Positions 1 to 10,159 of a stretch of 64,000 nt of DNA are shown piece by piece. How positions within the stretch are numbered: the first letter of the stretch is position 1; each line of letters starts with the position of its first letter. The position numbers were made by a program, and so were the translations under genes. The notes under the pieces were generated by a model, which saw only the letters and a list, made by a program, of their open reading frames with translations, had not been told where the DNA came from and searched no databases. Location: assembly GCA_963808235.1 (NCBI GenBank), contig CAWEEQ010000004.1, forward strand, positions 1,568,001-1,632,000, written 5' to 3'. Origin of the DNA: an uncultured delta proteobacterium (lineage in GTDB: Bacteria > Desulfobacterota > Binatia > Binatales > Binataceae).

Positions 1-754
1 TCAGCTCAGCGTCGCCGCCAGAGAAATGCACGCGCGCACCCGACGCGATTCGACGAAAGAAATTCAAGCCGTCCGAGCCAGCGCCCAACGCCACGCGCGG
101 CTCGTAGCCGCGAACGTCCGGCTGCAGATCGGCGAGCGATTGATCTTCGACGTAGGGCGGATTCGAGACGATCAGGTCGAAAGATCCAAGCGGCGCGCCG
201 TCATCGCGCGCGTCGAAGCAATCGGCGTGGCGAAATGTGACGCGATCGGCGACTCGATGGCGGGCGGCATTGCGCGCGGCGATCGCGAGTGCGTCGGCAG
301 AGATGTCCGTGGCCGTGACGCGCGCAGCGTGGGCATTGGCGGCGACTGCGATCGCGATCGCGCCGGATCCAGTGCCGATATCAAGCACGCGAGGATCCCG
401 TCGGCGCTGAACCGTCTCGAGTGCGGCCGCGACCGCTATTTCAGTCTCGGGTCGCGGAATGAGAACGGAGGGGCTGACCTCGAACTCCAGCGAATAGAAT
501 TCCTTGTGACCGACAATGTAAGCGAGCGGCTCGCGTTTCTCGCGGCGAACAATCATCGCTTCGAATCGCGCCAGTGCTTCGTCAGACAGCGACGCTCCGC
601 CTGCAAGAATTTCCGCGCGAGTGACACCGGCCGCCGCAGCCAACAGGAGTTCCGCGTCGAGCCACGCCGACTCGACCCCCGATGCGGCGAGTCTCCGCGC
701 GGCGCGGTCGATCGCGTCGAATCCGCGGCCCTGTCCCGTCATCTCGTGAGTCAC
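1..754 (-). CDS. prmC: Release factor glutamine methyltransferase (PrmC/HemK), 3' end runs off the window
   Basis: Manual minus-strand translation gives 'DAELLLA' and 'FDLIVSNPPYVED' (NPPY motif near 150-180). Directly downstream of prfA. Start GTG 754 or ATG 742. Missing from the ORF track. Confidence 0.9.
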   Translation of the reverse strand, partial: MTHEMTGQGRGFDAIDRAARRLAASGVESAWLDAELLLAAAAGVTRAEILAGGASLSDEALARFEAMIVRREKREPLAYIVGHKEFYSLEFEVSPSVLIPRPETEIAVAAALETVQRRRDPRVLDIGTGSGAIAIAVAANAHAARVTATDISADALAIAARNAARHRVADRVTFRHADCFDARDDGAPLGSFDLIVSNPPYVEDQSLADLQPDVRGYEPRVALGAGSDGLNFFRRIASGARVHFSGGDAEL

Positions 755-762
755 GACGGCGC

Positions 763-1824
763 TCAAGTTTTCAGTGACTGCTCGCGGTCGTAGGCCGCAA
801 GCGCGTCGATTACGGGGTCGATTGCGCCGTCGAGAAAATTGTCGAGCTGATGGATGGTCACGTTGACGCGATGATCGGTGACCCGCGACTGAGGAAAATT
901 GTAGGTGCGGATGCGCTCGGAGCGGTCGCCAGTGCCGACCATCGAGCGCCGGGTCTCGGCGATTTTCGCCTGCTGCTCTTCCTGTGCGGCTTCGAGCAGC
1001 CGCGCGCGCAGAATTTTGAGCGCCCGCGCTTTGTTCTTATGCTGCGATTTTTCGTCGCGGCAGATTATCACCATCCCGCTCGGAATATGCGTGATGCGTA
1101 CCGCGGAGTCGGTGGTGTTGACGCTCTGCCCGCCGGGCCCCGACGCGCGCATCACGTCGATCCGCAAATCCTTGGCCTCGTTGATGTTGACTTCGACTTC
1201 GTCGGCTTCGGGCATCACCGCGACGGTCACCGCGGAAGTGTGGATGCGCCCGGAGCCTTCGGTTTCAGGCACGCGCTGGACGCGATGCACTCCGCCTTCA
1301 TATTTCAGACGCGAGTAGGCTCCGCGGCCGGTGACCAGCGCGATGACTTCCTTGAGTCCGCCCAGGCCGGTGTCGCTCAAACTGAGCGCCTCGATCTTGA
1401 ATCCGTGACGTTCGGCGTAGCGGGTGTACATCCGGTACAGATCGCCGGCGAACAGCGAGGCCTCTTCGCCGCCGGTGCCGGCGCGAATTTCGAGGATTAC
1501 GTTTTTGTCGTCATTGGGATCGCGAGGAGTGAGCAGCTCTTTGAGCTTCTCTTCGACGGCGGACAGATTCTTTTGCAGCGTCGGCAGTTCGGCTTTGGCG
1601 AGCTCGCGCAAATCGGCGTCGTCGCCGTCGAGGATCGCTTTGTGACCGGCGATCTCGTCGGCAATCCGGATGTACTCGCGAGCGCATTGGGCGGCCTCGG
1701 AGAGCTGCGAGCGCTCCTTGGCGAGTTTTGCGTATTCGCGCTGATTGCCGAGCGTCGCGGGATCACTCAGTTTGCGCTCGAGTTCGGCGACTCGCTCTTC
1801 GATAGCGCTTGCCTTATCGAGCAT
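763..1824 (-). CDS. prfA: Peptide chain release factor 1
   Basis: GGQ motif (SGPGGQSVN), PxT tripeptide (VQRVPETE), EIRAGTGG; rpmE-prfA-prmC order. Confidence 0.97.
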   Translation of the reverse strand: MLDKASAIEERVAELERKLSDPATLGNQREYAKLAKERSQLSEAAQCAREYIRIADEIAGHKAILDGDDADLRELAKAELPTLQKNLSAVEEKLKELLTPRDPNDDKNVILEIRAGTGGEEASLFAGDLYRMYTRYAERHGFKIEALSLSDTGLGGLKEVIALVTGRGAYSRLKYEGGVHRVQRVPETEGSGRIHTSAVTVAVMPEADEVEVNINEAKDLRIDVMRASGPGGQSVNTTDSAVRITHIPSGMVIICRDEKSQHKNKARALKILRARLLEAAQEEQQAKIAETRRSMVGTGDRSERIRTYNFPQSRVTDHRVNVTIHQLDNFLDGAIDPVIDALAAYDREQSLKT

Positions 1825-1875
1825 CGCAGTTCCTATTCAGCACCAGGAAATCCCCCGGACCGACGCGTTGCGTTG

Positions 1876-1910
1876 AAACAAAAACGGCGCGGCCGCAATC
1901 GACCGTGCCG
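1876..1910 (-). terminator. Probable rho-independent terminator downstream of rpmE
   Basis: Minus strand reads CGGCACGGTC-GATTGC-GGCCGCGCCG followed by TTTTTGTTT. Confidence 0.6.
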
Positions 1911-1970
1911 ATATATTCTCCCCCGCGCACCCGGGTGCATCGTGCACCGCAGGCGGCGGGAGTTGCAATG

Positions 1971-2219
1971 CTACTTGGTGGCAGTCTTGTCCGCGCTCTT
2001 GTCGGCGGTCTCGCCGGGCTTCTTGATGCCGTACTTGCGATTGAAGCGCTCAACGCGGCCGGCGGTATCGACGAGGCGCTGGGTGCCGGTGTAAAAGGGA
2101 TGGCACTTCGAGCAAACCTCGACATGAAGCTCTTTCAAAGTCGAGCGGGTTTCAAAGGTGTTGCCGCAGGCGCAGGTTACGACGCAGCGGCGGTATTCGG
2201 GATGGATTCCAGGTTTCAT
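1971..2219 (-). CDS. rpmE: 50S ribosomal protein L31 (Zn-binding C+ type)
   Basis: [33 protein letters not shown]; true start is the ATG at 2219. Confidence 0.96.
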   Translation of the reverse strand: MKPGIHPEYRRCVVTCACGNTFETRSTLKELHVEVCSKCHPFYTGTQRLVDTAGRVERFNRKYGIKKPGETADKSADKTATK

Positions 2220-2315
2220 TTTTGCTTCTCGATCTCGCGGGCCTCTTGCGAAACAGGATATCATCGCGAGCGAACTCAAACAATTCGCCAATCACGGCGG
2301 TCGATTCGGTTTCTT

Positions 2316-3818
2316 TTGACCCTTAAAATCGCCTCGTTAGCAGCAATTCTAATCACGATCGGCACGATTTCCAGTGCTGCCGATTTGCGTGCGCCGGCCC
2401 CCGGATTTGCTCCGGAAACGCAGACGCTTTTCGCCCCGATAGTCGAGCTCGCGCCGCCCGGCCCGGAGCGCGCGGCTCGAGCAATCGCAATCATGGACCG
2501 GCAACTCGCTTTTCAGCGCAAGCTCTCGTTTCATCCGGCGCTTGGGCCGTCGCTGCAGAAAGTCGTCGATGAACTTCCGCCACGGCAATCGACACTGATT
2601 CGCGCCGCCGCGCTTTACTCGAAGCCGGAGGTCCCATGGAGCGATAAGCCCGACGGAACTCATCAGATAAGCGTCTCCGGAGAGCCGCGCGGGACCGATT
2701 TTTTTTATTCGCTGGCGACCGACTACCACAGTCCCGAGGAGCCGGCATCCTTTTCGGGAGTGTTCGGCCTAAAGCCCGCGCCGGGATCGACTCCGGCGAA
2801 CATTTCGAGCGTGAACGGAACTCTCGCCGGTGAGTTGACCGTCGATACCTACGGGATGGGAGCGCTGGTCGACGTGGTCGCCGGCATCATCCGTGAGCTC
2901 TATGGCGATCTGAAACCGCCGTGGGACAGCGCGGCGGGGGTTTTCAATCGTCACGACAAAGCGGCGCTGGACAGGTTCCATCGCCAAATGCCTCATCTCG
3001 CGGCGAAAGTCGATCAATATTTTAAATTCGACAACGTGCTTGACGAGTTCAATTCGGCGTCGGGACCGGTTGTGTTGTTCAATATCGACACCGAGCTACG
3101 CCAGGACGCGCTCAAAAAATATCCGAAGCTTTACGACTTTTATCGCAAGCTCAAGCCGGCGGTGGGCGAAGACTCGGCGCTTTTGGACGCTCACGGAAAT
3201 TGTTGGATGCTGACCGGCTTCCATCGCGGCCATATCCGTATGACCCTGATGGTTCGCAATGGCCGGCTCACGCCGTTCAACGCGTTATTGAAACCGGCCG
3301 GCGAGAGTATCGCGCTCGACGCGATCGAGCGCGGGCACTATCGCACCGTCTCGTCGATTGAGATCAACAGTCTGAAAATGCACTTCGGCCTCGACCACTT
3401 GAGCTTTGCGACCGACTATAGCCGCGACGCAAACGTCGTGACCTTCGCCAACCAGATGGATTCGGTCCCGGAACTGGTAGCGCCGCCGGGTATCCATAAG
3501 ATGATGGACTTGATCGCGGGCGAGTTCCTGCGCGTGCTGGCGACCGGAAATGGCGGAATGAAGACAGAGCTCGCGTGCCGCCGGCTGCCAAGCGGCTACT
3601 ACGATTTCGCCGCCGGCTTCACCGCCCAGCTCAACTACTCACCGGCGCTCGAATTCCTCGCGCGGGTCGGCGACGCTTTTGCGAAAGCGCACGACGAGGA
3701 AGTCCGCAAAGAAGAGCGCGCGTTCGGCGAGGAATTGTTCGACGCGTTCGTCGCTGACTACAATGACGCGCGTCCGGCGATCCGTGCTTTGGATAGTGTC
3801 CAGGAAACGGCTCGGTGA
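2316..3818 (+). CDS. Hypothetical exported protein (~500 aa)
   Basis: 3' part of ORF 1809..3818. Signal-peptide-like 'LKIASLAAILITIGTISSAA'. Start uncertain; the upstream part overlaps rpmE antisense. Confidence 0.65.
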   Translation: MTLKIASLAAILITIGTISSAADLRAPAPGFAPETQTLFAPIVELAPPGPERAARAIAIMDRQLAFQRKLSFHPALGPSLQKVVDELPPRQSTLIRAAALYSKPEVPWSDKPDGTHQISVSGEPRGTDFFYSLATDYHSPEEPASFSGVFGLKPAPGSTPANISSVNGTLAGELTVDTYGMGALVDVVAGIIRELYGDLKPPWDSAAGVFNRHDKAALDRFHRQMPHLAAKVDQYFKFDNVLDEFNSASGPVVLFNIDTELRQDALKKYPKLYDFYRKLKPAVGEDSALLDAHGNCWMLTGFHRGHIRMTLMVRNGRLTPFNALLKPAGESIALDAIERGHYRTVSSIEINSLKMHFGLDHLSFATDYSRDANVVTFANQMDSVPELVAPPGIHKMMDLIAGEFLRVLATGNGGMKTELACRRLPSGYYDFAAGFTAQLNYSPALEFLARVGDAFAKAHDEEVRKEERAFGEELFDAFVADYNDARPAIRALDSVQETAR

Positions 3819-4528
3819 AAAGTAACGATCAGATGAAACTGTTAACTCAGATCGGCCTCGGCGGATTGTTCGCATTCGCGCTTGCGATCGCGGGATGCGC
3901 CGGCCAGGACACACCGCCCGAGCCGGCACCCGGAGCAGCTCCGGCCGCGAAGATGGTTACCGACCTGTCGTCGGTCTCGAGCACGCCGATCGATCCGCTC
4001 GGTACTCATGCCGTTCCTAAGCGCGGAGAAGGACTGTTGCGCGACGAGGGCGGAGACTCATCGTCGCCGCGGACGTTTGGCGCGGAGCCGGGAATCTCGC
4101 GAACGATGGGCAGCGACGCGAATCCCGGCGAGGAGCGCCTACTCAATGCGAAGGCGGCCCAGTTCGCCAACTTTTCGCAAGTGATTCTCGATCGCATCTT
4201 CGCGCATCTCCAAATCGCGGAGAAAGAGGAAGAGATATCGCGCACCAGGTTGCCGACCGACATTAAGCCTGTCGTGATCACCGCGATCATGGACAAGAAC
4301 GGCAAGCTGACCGAACTGATTCTCGAACAGCATTCGGGCAAGGCCAGGATCGATCAGATGATGATCGCGGTGTGCAAGAAGGCGATTTGGTACCGCAATC
4401 CGCCGCTGGAAGCGCTCTCGGGAGACGGAAATTACAAGCTTACGATCCAATGCCGGCTCGAAAACTTCGCCTCGAAGGATGAGGCGCACTGGAGCTTCAT
4501 CACGCGGATTGGGCTCGGACTCGGCTAG
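3815..4528 (+). CDS. Lipoprotein with possible TonB C-terminal-like domain
   Basis: Lipobox IAGC; 'VVITAIMDKNGKLTELILEQHSGKARID' resembles TonB_C. Confidence 0.6.
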   Translation: MKSNDQMKLLTQIGLGGLFAFALAIAGCAGQDTPPEPAPGAAPAAKMVTDLSSVSSTPIDPLGTHAVPKRGEGLLRDEGGDSSSPRTFGAEPGISRTMGSDANPGEERLLNAKAAQFANFSQVILDRIFAHLQIAEKEEEISRTRLPTDIKPVVITAIMDKNGKLTELILEQHSGKARIDQMMIAVCKKAIWYRNPPLEALSGDGNYKLTIQCRLENFASKDEAHWSFITRIGLGLG

Positions 4529-4583
4529 AAGCGAAAGCTCGCGCGCGCAGCAGATGCTGTCCGGTTCTGCTAGAATCGCCGCG

Positions 4584-5720
4584 GTGCAAACGCTCGACGA
4601 ATACATCCCGCGACCCGGCCTGTCGGTCCCGATCGTGACGATTCTCGACGCCGAGGGCCGGATTCTCGAAGATCAGCAGCGCGCTGCCGTGCGCTTTGCG
4701 ATCCAGGACGGCTCGGGCGCGGACATTATTTTCGCCGCGGGCACTACCGGCGAGTGGGATCGCGTCGACAATCCGCGCAGACAAGCGGTGGTACGAATCG
4801 CGATCGACGAATGCCGTCGTGCGCGCGCAACGGCGGCAAAGAAGATCGAAGCGTGGGCGGGAGTCACCGGACATACCCGAGCCGAGACACTTGCGAATCT
4901 GGCCAGCGCGATCGAAGCCGGCGCCGATGCGGCAGTGCTCGCACCGCTGTCGGTCAGGGACGTCGAGCATCCCGCGAAGTTCGTCGAGCGTGACGTCGGC
5001 GCGGTCTACAATCGCGCGGGTCGGGCAATTCCGCTGTTCCTCTACGACAACGCCGAGATTGCCGCGGCTGGCAACGCGCCGCATCTCCATACCAGCGACG
5101 TCAAGCAGATGAGCCGGCTCGAATACGTGCGCGGGATCAAAGTTACCGCGAGCAAGTCCGTGATCGGCAACTACACGCGCGCCGCTTCGCATTTCAAAGC
5201 GAGTCATGAGTTCGCGATCTATGCCGGCAACGCGTACCTGATTTTCGATTTGTTCGCACCGCCTGAGGGAGTCGCCGACCGGATGCGGCATCATTGGAAT
5301 CGCTACTTGACCCAACGCACGCGGCCTTATGGCGTCGTCGCGGGACCGGCCAATGCGATGCCGCGCGAATGGCAGCGGGCATGGCAGGTTTGTCGATCGG
5401 CCGACCGCGAGCTGATGCAACTTTATGAAAAGGCAATCGAGGAGTTTCGCATCGCGTGTACGTTTAAGCGCGGGCGCAAGCCCTATCGCCCGACCATCGC
5501 GTGCCTGAAGGCCGCGCTCAAAGATCTCGGCGTGATCGACAGCGACGCGCTTGCCCCGGGTACGCCGGCAATGAGCGACATCGAGCGGCGCGAATTCAGC
5601 ACGCGATTCGGAATGTTGCGCGAGCTGTGCGCCGAAACGCTCGAGCACGGATGGGTCAGCGAATTCGACGGGCACGCGCACGGCGCCGCGTCGCGCAAGA
5701 TGGCTACCCGCAATGGTTGA
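4584..5720 (+). CDS. Dihydrodipicolinate synthase-family (class I aldolase) protein
   Basis: GTTGE motif, 'GADAAVLAP', 'LFLYDN', Schiff-base 'GIK'; start uncertain. Confidence 0.8.
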   Translation: MQTLDEYIPRPGLSVPIVTILDAEGRILEDQQRAAVRFAIQDGSGADIIFAAGTTGEWDRVDNPRRQAVVRIAIDECRRARATAAKKIEAWAGVTGHTRAETLANLASAIEAGADAAVLAPLSVRDVEHPAKFVERDVGAVYNRAGRAIPLFLYDNAEIAAAGNAPHLHTSDVKQMSRLEYVRGIKVTASKSVIGNYTRAASHFKASHEFAIYAGNAYLIFDLFAPPEGVADRMRHHWNRYLTQRTRPYGVVAGPANAMPREWQRAWQVCRSADRELMQLYEKAIEEFRIACTFKRGRKPYRPTIACLKAALKDLGVIDSDALAPGTPAMSDIERREFSTRFGMLRELCAETLEHGWVSEFDGHAHGAASRKMATRNG

Positions 5721-7372
5721 AGCGAAACTCGATGTCGTCGGATGCGGGAGCATGGTCGTCGACCTGTTCTATCGGACCCCGCGAATAATCCGCGCCGACG
5801 AAAAAATCCTGCTGCGATCGCATACCGCGAGCGCCGCGATCGAACGCACCGAGGTCGGCGGCCTGGTCCTCAATCATCTTGGATGGGGCCGGGTTCTCGG
5901 GCTTACGACCGGCATTTTCGGCAAGCTCGGCGACGATCGCAACGGCGAGTTCCTGCGCGAGGGAATGGATCGCCTGGGGATTCGGCATCATCTGACGTTT
6001 GACGGAAGCGCAAGCGCGTTCGCAACTATCTTCGTCGACGCAGCCGGCGATCGCGCAATCTATATGGCGCGTGGAGCGACCGGCGAGCTCACCCCGGCCG
6101 AAGTGCGCAATCGCCACGGCGCATTCATCCGCCGCGCCCGCCTGGTCTCGACCGAGATTTCGCAGCTTCCGCTCCGCACCGTGCTTGCGATCCTTCTGTT
6201 CGCGCGGACCCACTCGATTCCCACGATTCTCGACGTCGATGTGCCTCCGTCGGACGTGATCGGATCGCTTGGGAGCCGCGCCGAACTCGAGCGCGCATTG
6301 AAGCTGGCGACTTATCTGAAGCCCGCGAAAGCGGCGGCGCGTGAAATCGTCACCGGCAACGGACGCGATCCACTAAAAATGGCGGAAGCGATTCGCGGCC
6401 GATATGGAAATCGCGCGGTCATAATCACCGAAGGCGACAAGGGATGCTCGATCGCGGCGCGCGAGACCACGGTTCGAGTGCCCGCATTCAAGGTCAAGCA
6501 GATTGATTCGACCGGGGCCGGCGATTCATTTTTGGCGGGAGTGTTCGCGGGTTTGCGGCTAGGGCTCCCGTGGGAAAAGATCGGACGCCTTGCGAACGCG
6601 GCCGGAGCGGTCGGCGTTACCCGGCTTGGCGCGTTTCCAGCCGGATTCGAAGTGCGTGAGCAAATCCTCGACTTGTATGGCGAAGCGATCGCGCTGCCCA
6701 GCCCGCATACCGACACGGAGCCGCGCGAAACGGCGATCGGCGATTCGAGCGGCGAAGTCGGCGAGTTTTTTGACGTGGCACTCAAGGAACTCGGCGAGCT
6801 GCGCGGCGGTTTGAACCTCGCGGCGATTTCGCGCACCGTCGAGATAATTCGCACCGCGCTCGGCCGTGGCGGGCGAGTTCATGTAACTGGAGTCGGGAAG
6901 CCCGAACACGTCGCGCGTTACGCGGCCAGTCTCTTCTGCTCGGTCGGCACGCCCGCGACGTTTTCTGCACGCGACCGAAACCTTGCACGGCAGTCTCGGC
7001 CAGGTGCATCCGCGCGACGTTGTGATTGCGATCTCGAACAGCGGGAACACCGACGAGCTGCTTTCGACCGCGACCGCAATCCGCGAACAGGGCGCGCAAC
7101 TGATCGCGATAACCGGCAACAAAGATTCCGGCCTCGCGCAAGTCGCGGACCTGGTGATCCACGCGCCGGTTACACAAGAAGGCGGCGGACTCGGGCTGGC
7201 GCCGCGAATCAGCGTGCTCGGCGAAGTCTTCGTGCTGGCGGGATTGTCGGTGGCGCTCGAAGTCGCGCACGGGCTGACAGTCGAGGAATACAGCCGATGG
7301 CATCGCGCGGGCGCGATCGGCGAAGCGGCGCGGCGCCTCGCAGAGACGCGCACCTCCGGCCGCCGCGCCTGA
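5713..7372 (+). pseudogene. PfkB-family sugar kinase fused to SIS (KpsF/GutQ-like isomerase) domain, split by a 1-nt frameshift
   Basis: PfkB anion hole 'DSTGAGDSF'. SIS 'VHVTGVGK'. Removing one T from TTTT at 6961-6964 restores 'TFLHATETLHGSLG' in frame with ORF 6983..7372 ('ISNSGNT'). May be a sequencing error. Confidence 0.75.
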
Positions 7373-7373
7373 T

Positions 7374-8147
7374 TTATTTTCCCTGAAATTTTGGCGCGCG
7401 CTTTTGCTGGAAGGCGGTGATGCCCTCCTTGTAGTCGGCGGTCCGGCCGGCGGCGCCTTGCGCTTGCGCCTCGCATTTCAGAACCGCAAACAGTCCGAGC
7501 GCTTCCTCGTCGATTCTGCGCACCAAATGCTTCGATTGCATGAACGCCGCGGTCGGGCCTTGCGCGACCTGCGCGGCTATCTTGCGCGCGTGCGCGACAA
7601 GCGAATCGCGCGGCATGCTCTGGTTCACCAATCCAAGCGCCGCAGCTTCGGCGCCCGAGAGCAACCGCCCCGTATAGATGAGTTCGAGCGCGCGATGAGC
7701 TCCCAGGCGCGAGACGAAAAACGAATGGCCTCCCGAATCGAGCACCGCGCCGATTCGCGCGAACGGAGAGCCGATCTTCGCGTCGTCGGCAATGTAAACA
7801 ACGTCGCAGGCGAGCGCGACGCCGAGTCCTGCGCCAAGGCATGCGCCATGCACGGCTGCGAACGTCGGCGCCGGAAACGCCGCGATTCGTTTGATCAGTG
7901 GATTGAAGGTGGTCTCGATTATCGCTTCGGCATCTTCGTTGCCCGGGTCAGCATCGGCGAGATCTCGTCCAGCCGAAAATGCCGGTCCCTCTCCGCGAAT
8001 CAGCAGCGCGCGTGCGGCTTGCGACGCGGCGCGATCGAGACATTCGTTGAGACCCGCGACCATCGCGTCGTTGAGCGCATTTAGCTTCTCGGGCCGATTG
8101 AGAACAATTTCCGCAAGCCCGCCTTCGACGGACAAATCGACGCTCAT
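7374..8147 (-). CDS. Enoyl-CoA hydratase/isomerase (PaaG-like)
   Basis: LNRPEKLNA, FSAGRDL, 'GAGLGVALACD', 'AFQQKRAPKF'. Confidence 0.9.
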   Translation of the reverse strand: MSVDLSVEGGLAEIVLNRPEKLNALNDAMVAGLNECLDRAASQAARALLIRGEGPAFSAGRDLADADPGNEDAEAIIETTFNPLIKRIAAFPAPTFAAVHGACLGAGLGVALACDVVYIADDAKIGSPFARIGAVLDSGGHSFFVSRLGAHRALELIYTGRLLSGAEAAALGLVNQSMPRDSLVAHARKIAAQVAQGPTAAFMQSKHLVRRIDEEALGLFAVLKCEAQAQGAAGRTADYKEGITAFQQKRAPKFQGK

Positions 8148-8186
8148 ATTCTTTGCCTCCGCTTCGACCCTGAAATGTTGGCCTAT

Positions 8187-9209
8187 TTAAAAGACCGGGA
8201 TGATGTCGTCGGCGGTGATATCTCCGACGTCAACGCCTTCGATATCAAGTTCGGGTATCGCGGGAAACTGGATGTCCCAGCGCTCGACCAGCTTGCGCAC
8301 GCGCGCGATTGCAAGCCGCCAGTTATCGGCCTGCTGCTCGAAGGTCAGGATGCCGAGGCCGGCCTCCCGCGCGATGCGGAGCAGTATTCGATGGTTATGC
8401 AGGAAGTAGCCCGGCAGATCCCAGAACTGTCCTGGTGGTTCCCAGAGCACCATGGAGAGGAATACGAATCCGGCGCGGAGCTGTTTGGTGATGAACGTCT
8501 TGTGCTCGTCGGTGAGGCCCGGCCACTCCTTCTCGAGCAGGTTGATGCAAATCTGAAGATGGCGCGCCTCGTCGCGGCCGATTTTCGTAAAGATGTCGCG
8601 GAAGGTCGGATGAGTCGTCGCATGCGCCATCCCGTGGAACAGCGTCGACGATGCGACCTCGCCCATCATGAAAGAGGTGAAGATGACCGCGAGCGGATAG
8701 CGATCGATCGCGCGATTATATCCGGTCCAGTAGCGGCCGCCGTTATGGTAAAGCCAGCCGATATTGTTTAGCGCGACCCGCTGCAACTCGCTGTTGGGCT
8801 TGAATCCTTGCGGGCCATTCGGCACCAGGCGCTGAATAACGCGCTGGCAGGTCTCTTCGTGATTGGTCTCGTCGCGGGTTATCGAGAAGAAGCATTTGCG
8901 GACCGGATCTTCCTCGTGCATTTCCCACGCATGAATGGTCGCGCGCGCGAACACCGCCGGACCCGACGAATCGAAATTGGAGAGCAGCGCCCACCAGTAC
9001 ATGATCGCGACCTTTTCATCGTCGCTCCATGCCTCGGGCGAGAGAGCGCTCCAGTTTATATCTGCCGGATTGTAGCCCTCGCGCTTCGCGCGCTCATAAA
9101 TTTCCGCAAGCTTGGGCGTGTCGCAGCGCCATTCCATTGGAAAGATATTCGGCTGCGCTACCGGAGGCGCCTCGACCAACCCGCCCTTGGGAATTTCGAA
9201 TTCGCTCAT
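8187..9209 (-). CDS. Ferritin-like diiron protein
   Basis: Two DExxH motifs (DETNH, DEARH) about 100 aa apart; start MSEFEIP at 9209. Confidence 0.8.
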   Translation of the reverse strand: MSEFEIPKGGLVEAPPVAQPNIFPMEWRCDTPKLAEIYERAKREGYNPADINWSALSPEAWSDDEKVAIMYWWALLSNFDSSGPAVFARATIHAWEMHEEDPVRKCFFSITRDETNHEETCQRVIQRLVPNGPQGFKPNSELQRVALNNIGWLYHNGGRYWTGYNRAIDRYPLAVIFTSFMMGEVASSTLFHGMAHATTHPTFRDIFTKIGRDEARHLQICINLLEKEWPGLTDEHKTFITKQLRAGFVFLSMVLWEPPGQFWDLPGYFLHNHRILLRIAREAGLGILTFEQQADNWRLAIARVRKLVERWDIQFPAIPELDIEGVDVGDITADDIIPVF

Positions 9210-9331
9210 TGAACGCACGCTCCTGTCGTCAATCCTAAAATACACCAATCGCGGGTAAGTTTGACTGGGTGCGCCGACGCTTGCCAGTCTCGTTAAGGTG
9301 CCTGGCTGCTCGGGTATTGGAGAAATTCTCG

Positions 9332-10159
9332 ATGAAATTTGCAATCGCAATCCGCAACATGGGTCCGCAGTCGAACCGCACGACGATCCGAGCCTGTGCG
9401 CGAATCGCGGAACGAGCCGGTTTCGACGCGCTGTTTGTATCGGATCATTTGTGCATCCCGGTTGACCAGACCGAAGGCTCCGGCGGCCGCTATCTCGACG
9501 TGCTCGCGACTCTTGCGTTCCTCGCCGGCGCGACTGAAAAGATTCGGCTCGGCGTTTCGGTGCTGGTCGTCCCGTATCGGCCGGCCGTGCTGACCGCGAA
9601 GCAGGTCGCGACCATCCAGGAATTATCGGGCGAGCGTTTGATTCTTGGCATCGGAGTCGGATGGATGAAGCCGGAGTTCGCCGCACTCGGCGCTGACATC
9701 CGCAAACGCGGCGCGGTCACCAACGAGACGCTCGCGGTGATTCATCATCTGTTCAATGCCGATGCGCCGGGCGCCTATGACGGACGCGACGTCAAATTTC
9801 CGCCGTTCGTATTTCTGCCGCGACCGAAACGCCCGCCGATCTGGATTGGCGGCAACAGTCCGGCCGCTATGAACCGAGTACTTAAATTCGGCGACGGATG
9901 GCATCCGATGCTGCCCGCTTCGGAACTTAAAGTAAAAGTTGAAGAGTTGATCGCGCGTGCACGCGCGGCCGGTCGTCCCGACCCGGAGATCGTGGTCCGG
10001 CGCGGACTCAAGCTCGACGACCTCGGCGCCGCGCGGACAAAGATTGCCGCTGAGCAGGATGCGGGCGCGACGTACTTCATTTTGGATTTGGGCCGCTACT
10101 CCGATGAAGCGTCGTTCGCCAAATCGGCCGAGACCTTTATCTCCAAAGTCGCTAAATGA
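9332..10159 (+). CDS. LLM-class (probably F420-dependent) oxidoreductase
   Basis: 'GFDALFVSDH', 'LGVSVLVVPYRP', 'GIGVGW', 'PPIWIGG', 'GDGWHP'. Confidence 0.88.
   Translation: MKFAIAIRNMGPQSNRTTIRACARIAERAGFDALFVSDHLCIPVDQTEGSGGRYLDVLATLAFLAGATEKIRLGVSVLVVPYRPAVLTAKQVATIQELSGERLILGIGVGWMKPEFAALGADIRKRGAVTNETLAVIHHLFNADAPGAYDGRDVKFPPFVFLPRPKRPPIWIGGNSPAAMNRVLKFGDGWHPMLPASELKVKVEELIARARAAGRPDPEIVVRRGLKLDDLGAARTKIAAEQDAGATYFILDLGRYSDEASFAKSAETFISKVAK

Noticed and set aside
26-793. 255-aa plus-strand ORF
   Set aside because: Antisense shadow of prmC, whose NPPY motif reads on the minus strand.
763-1824. prfB-type programmed frameshift
   Set aside because: The gene is RF1 (PxT motif) with a continuous frame.
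850-2315. ORF 850..2094 and the N-terminal 170 aa of ORF 1809..3818
   Set aside because: Antisense to prfA and rpmE; typical high-GC shadow frames.
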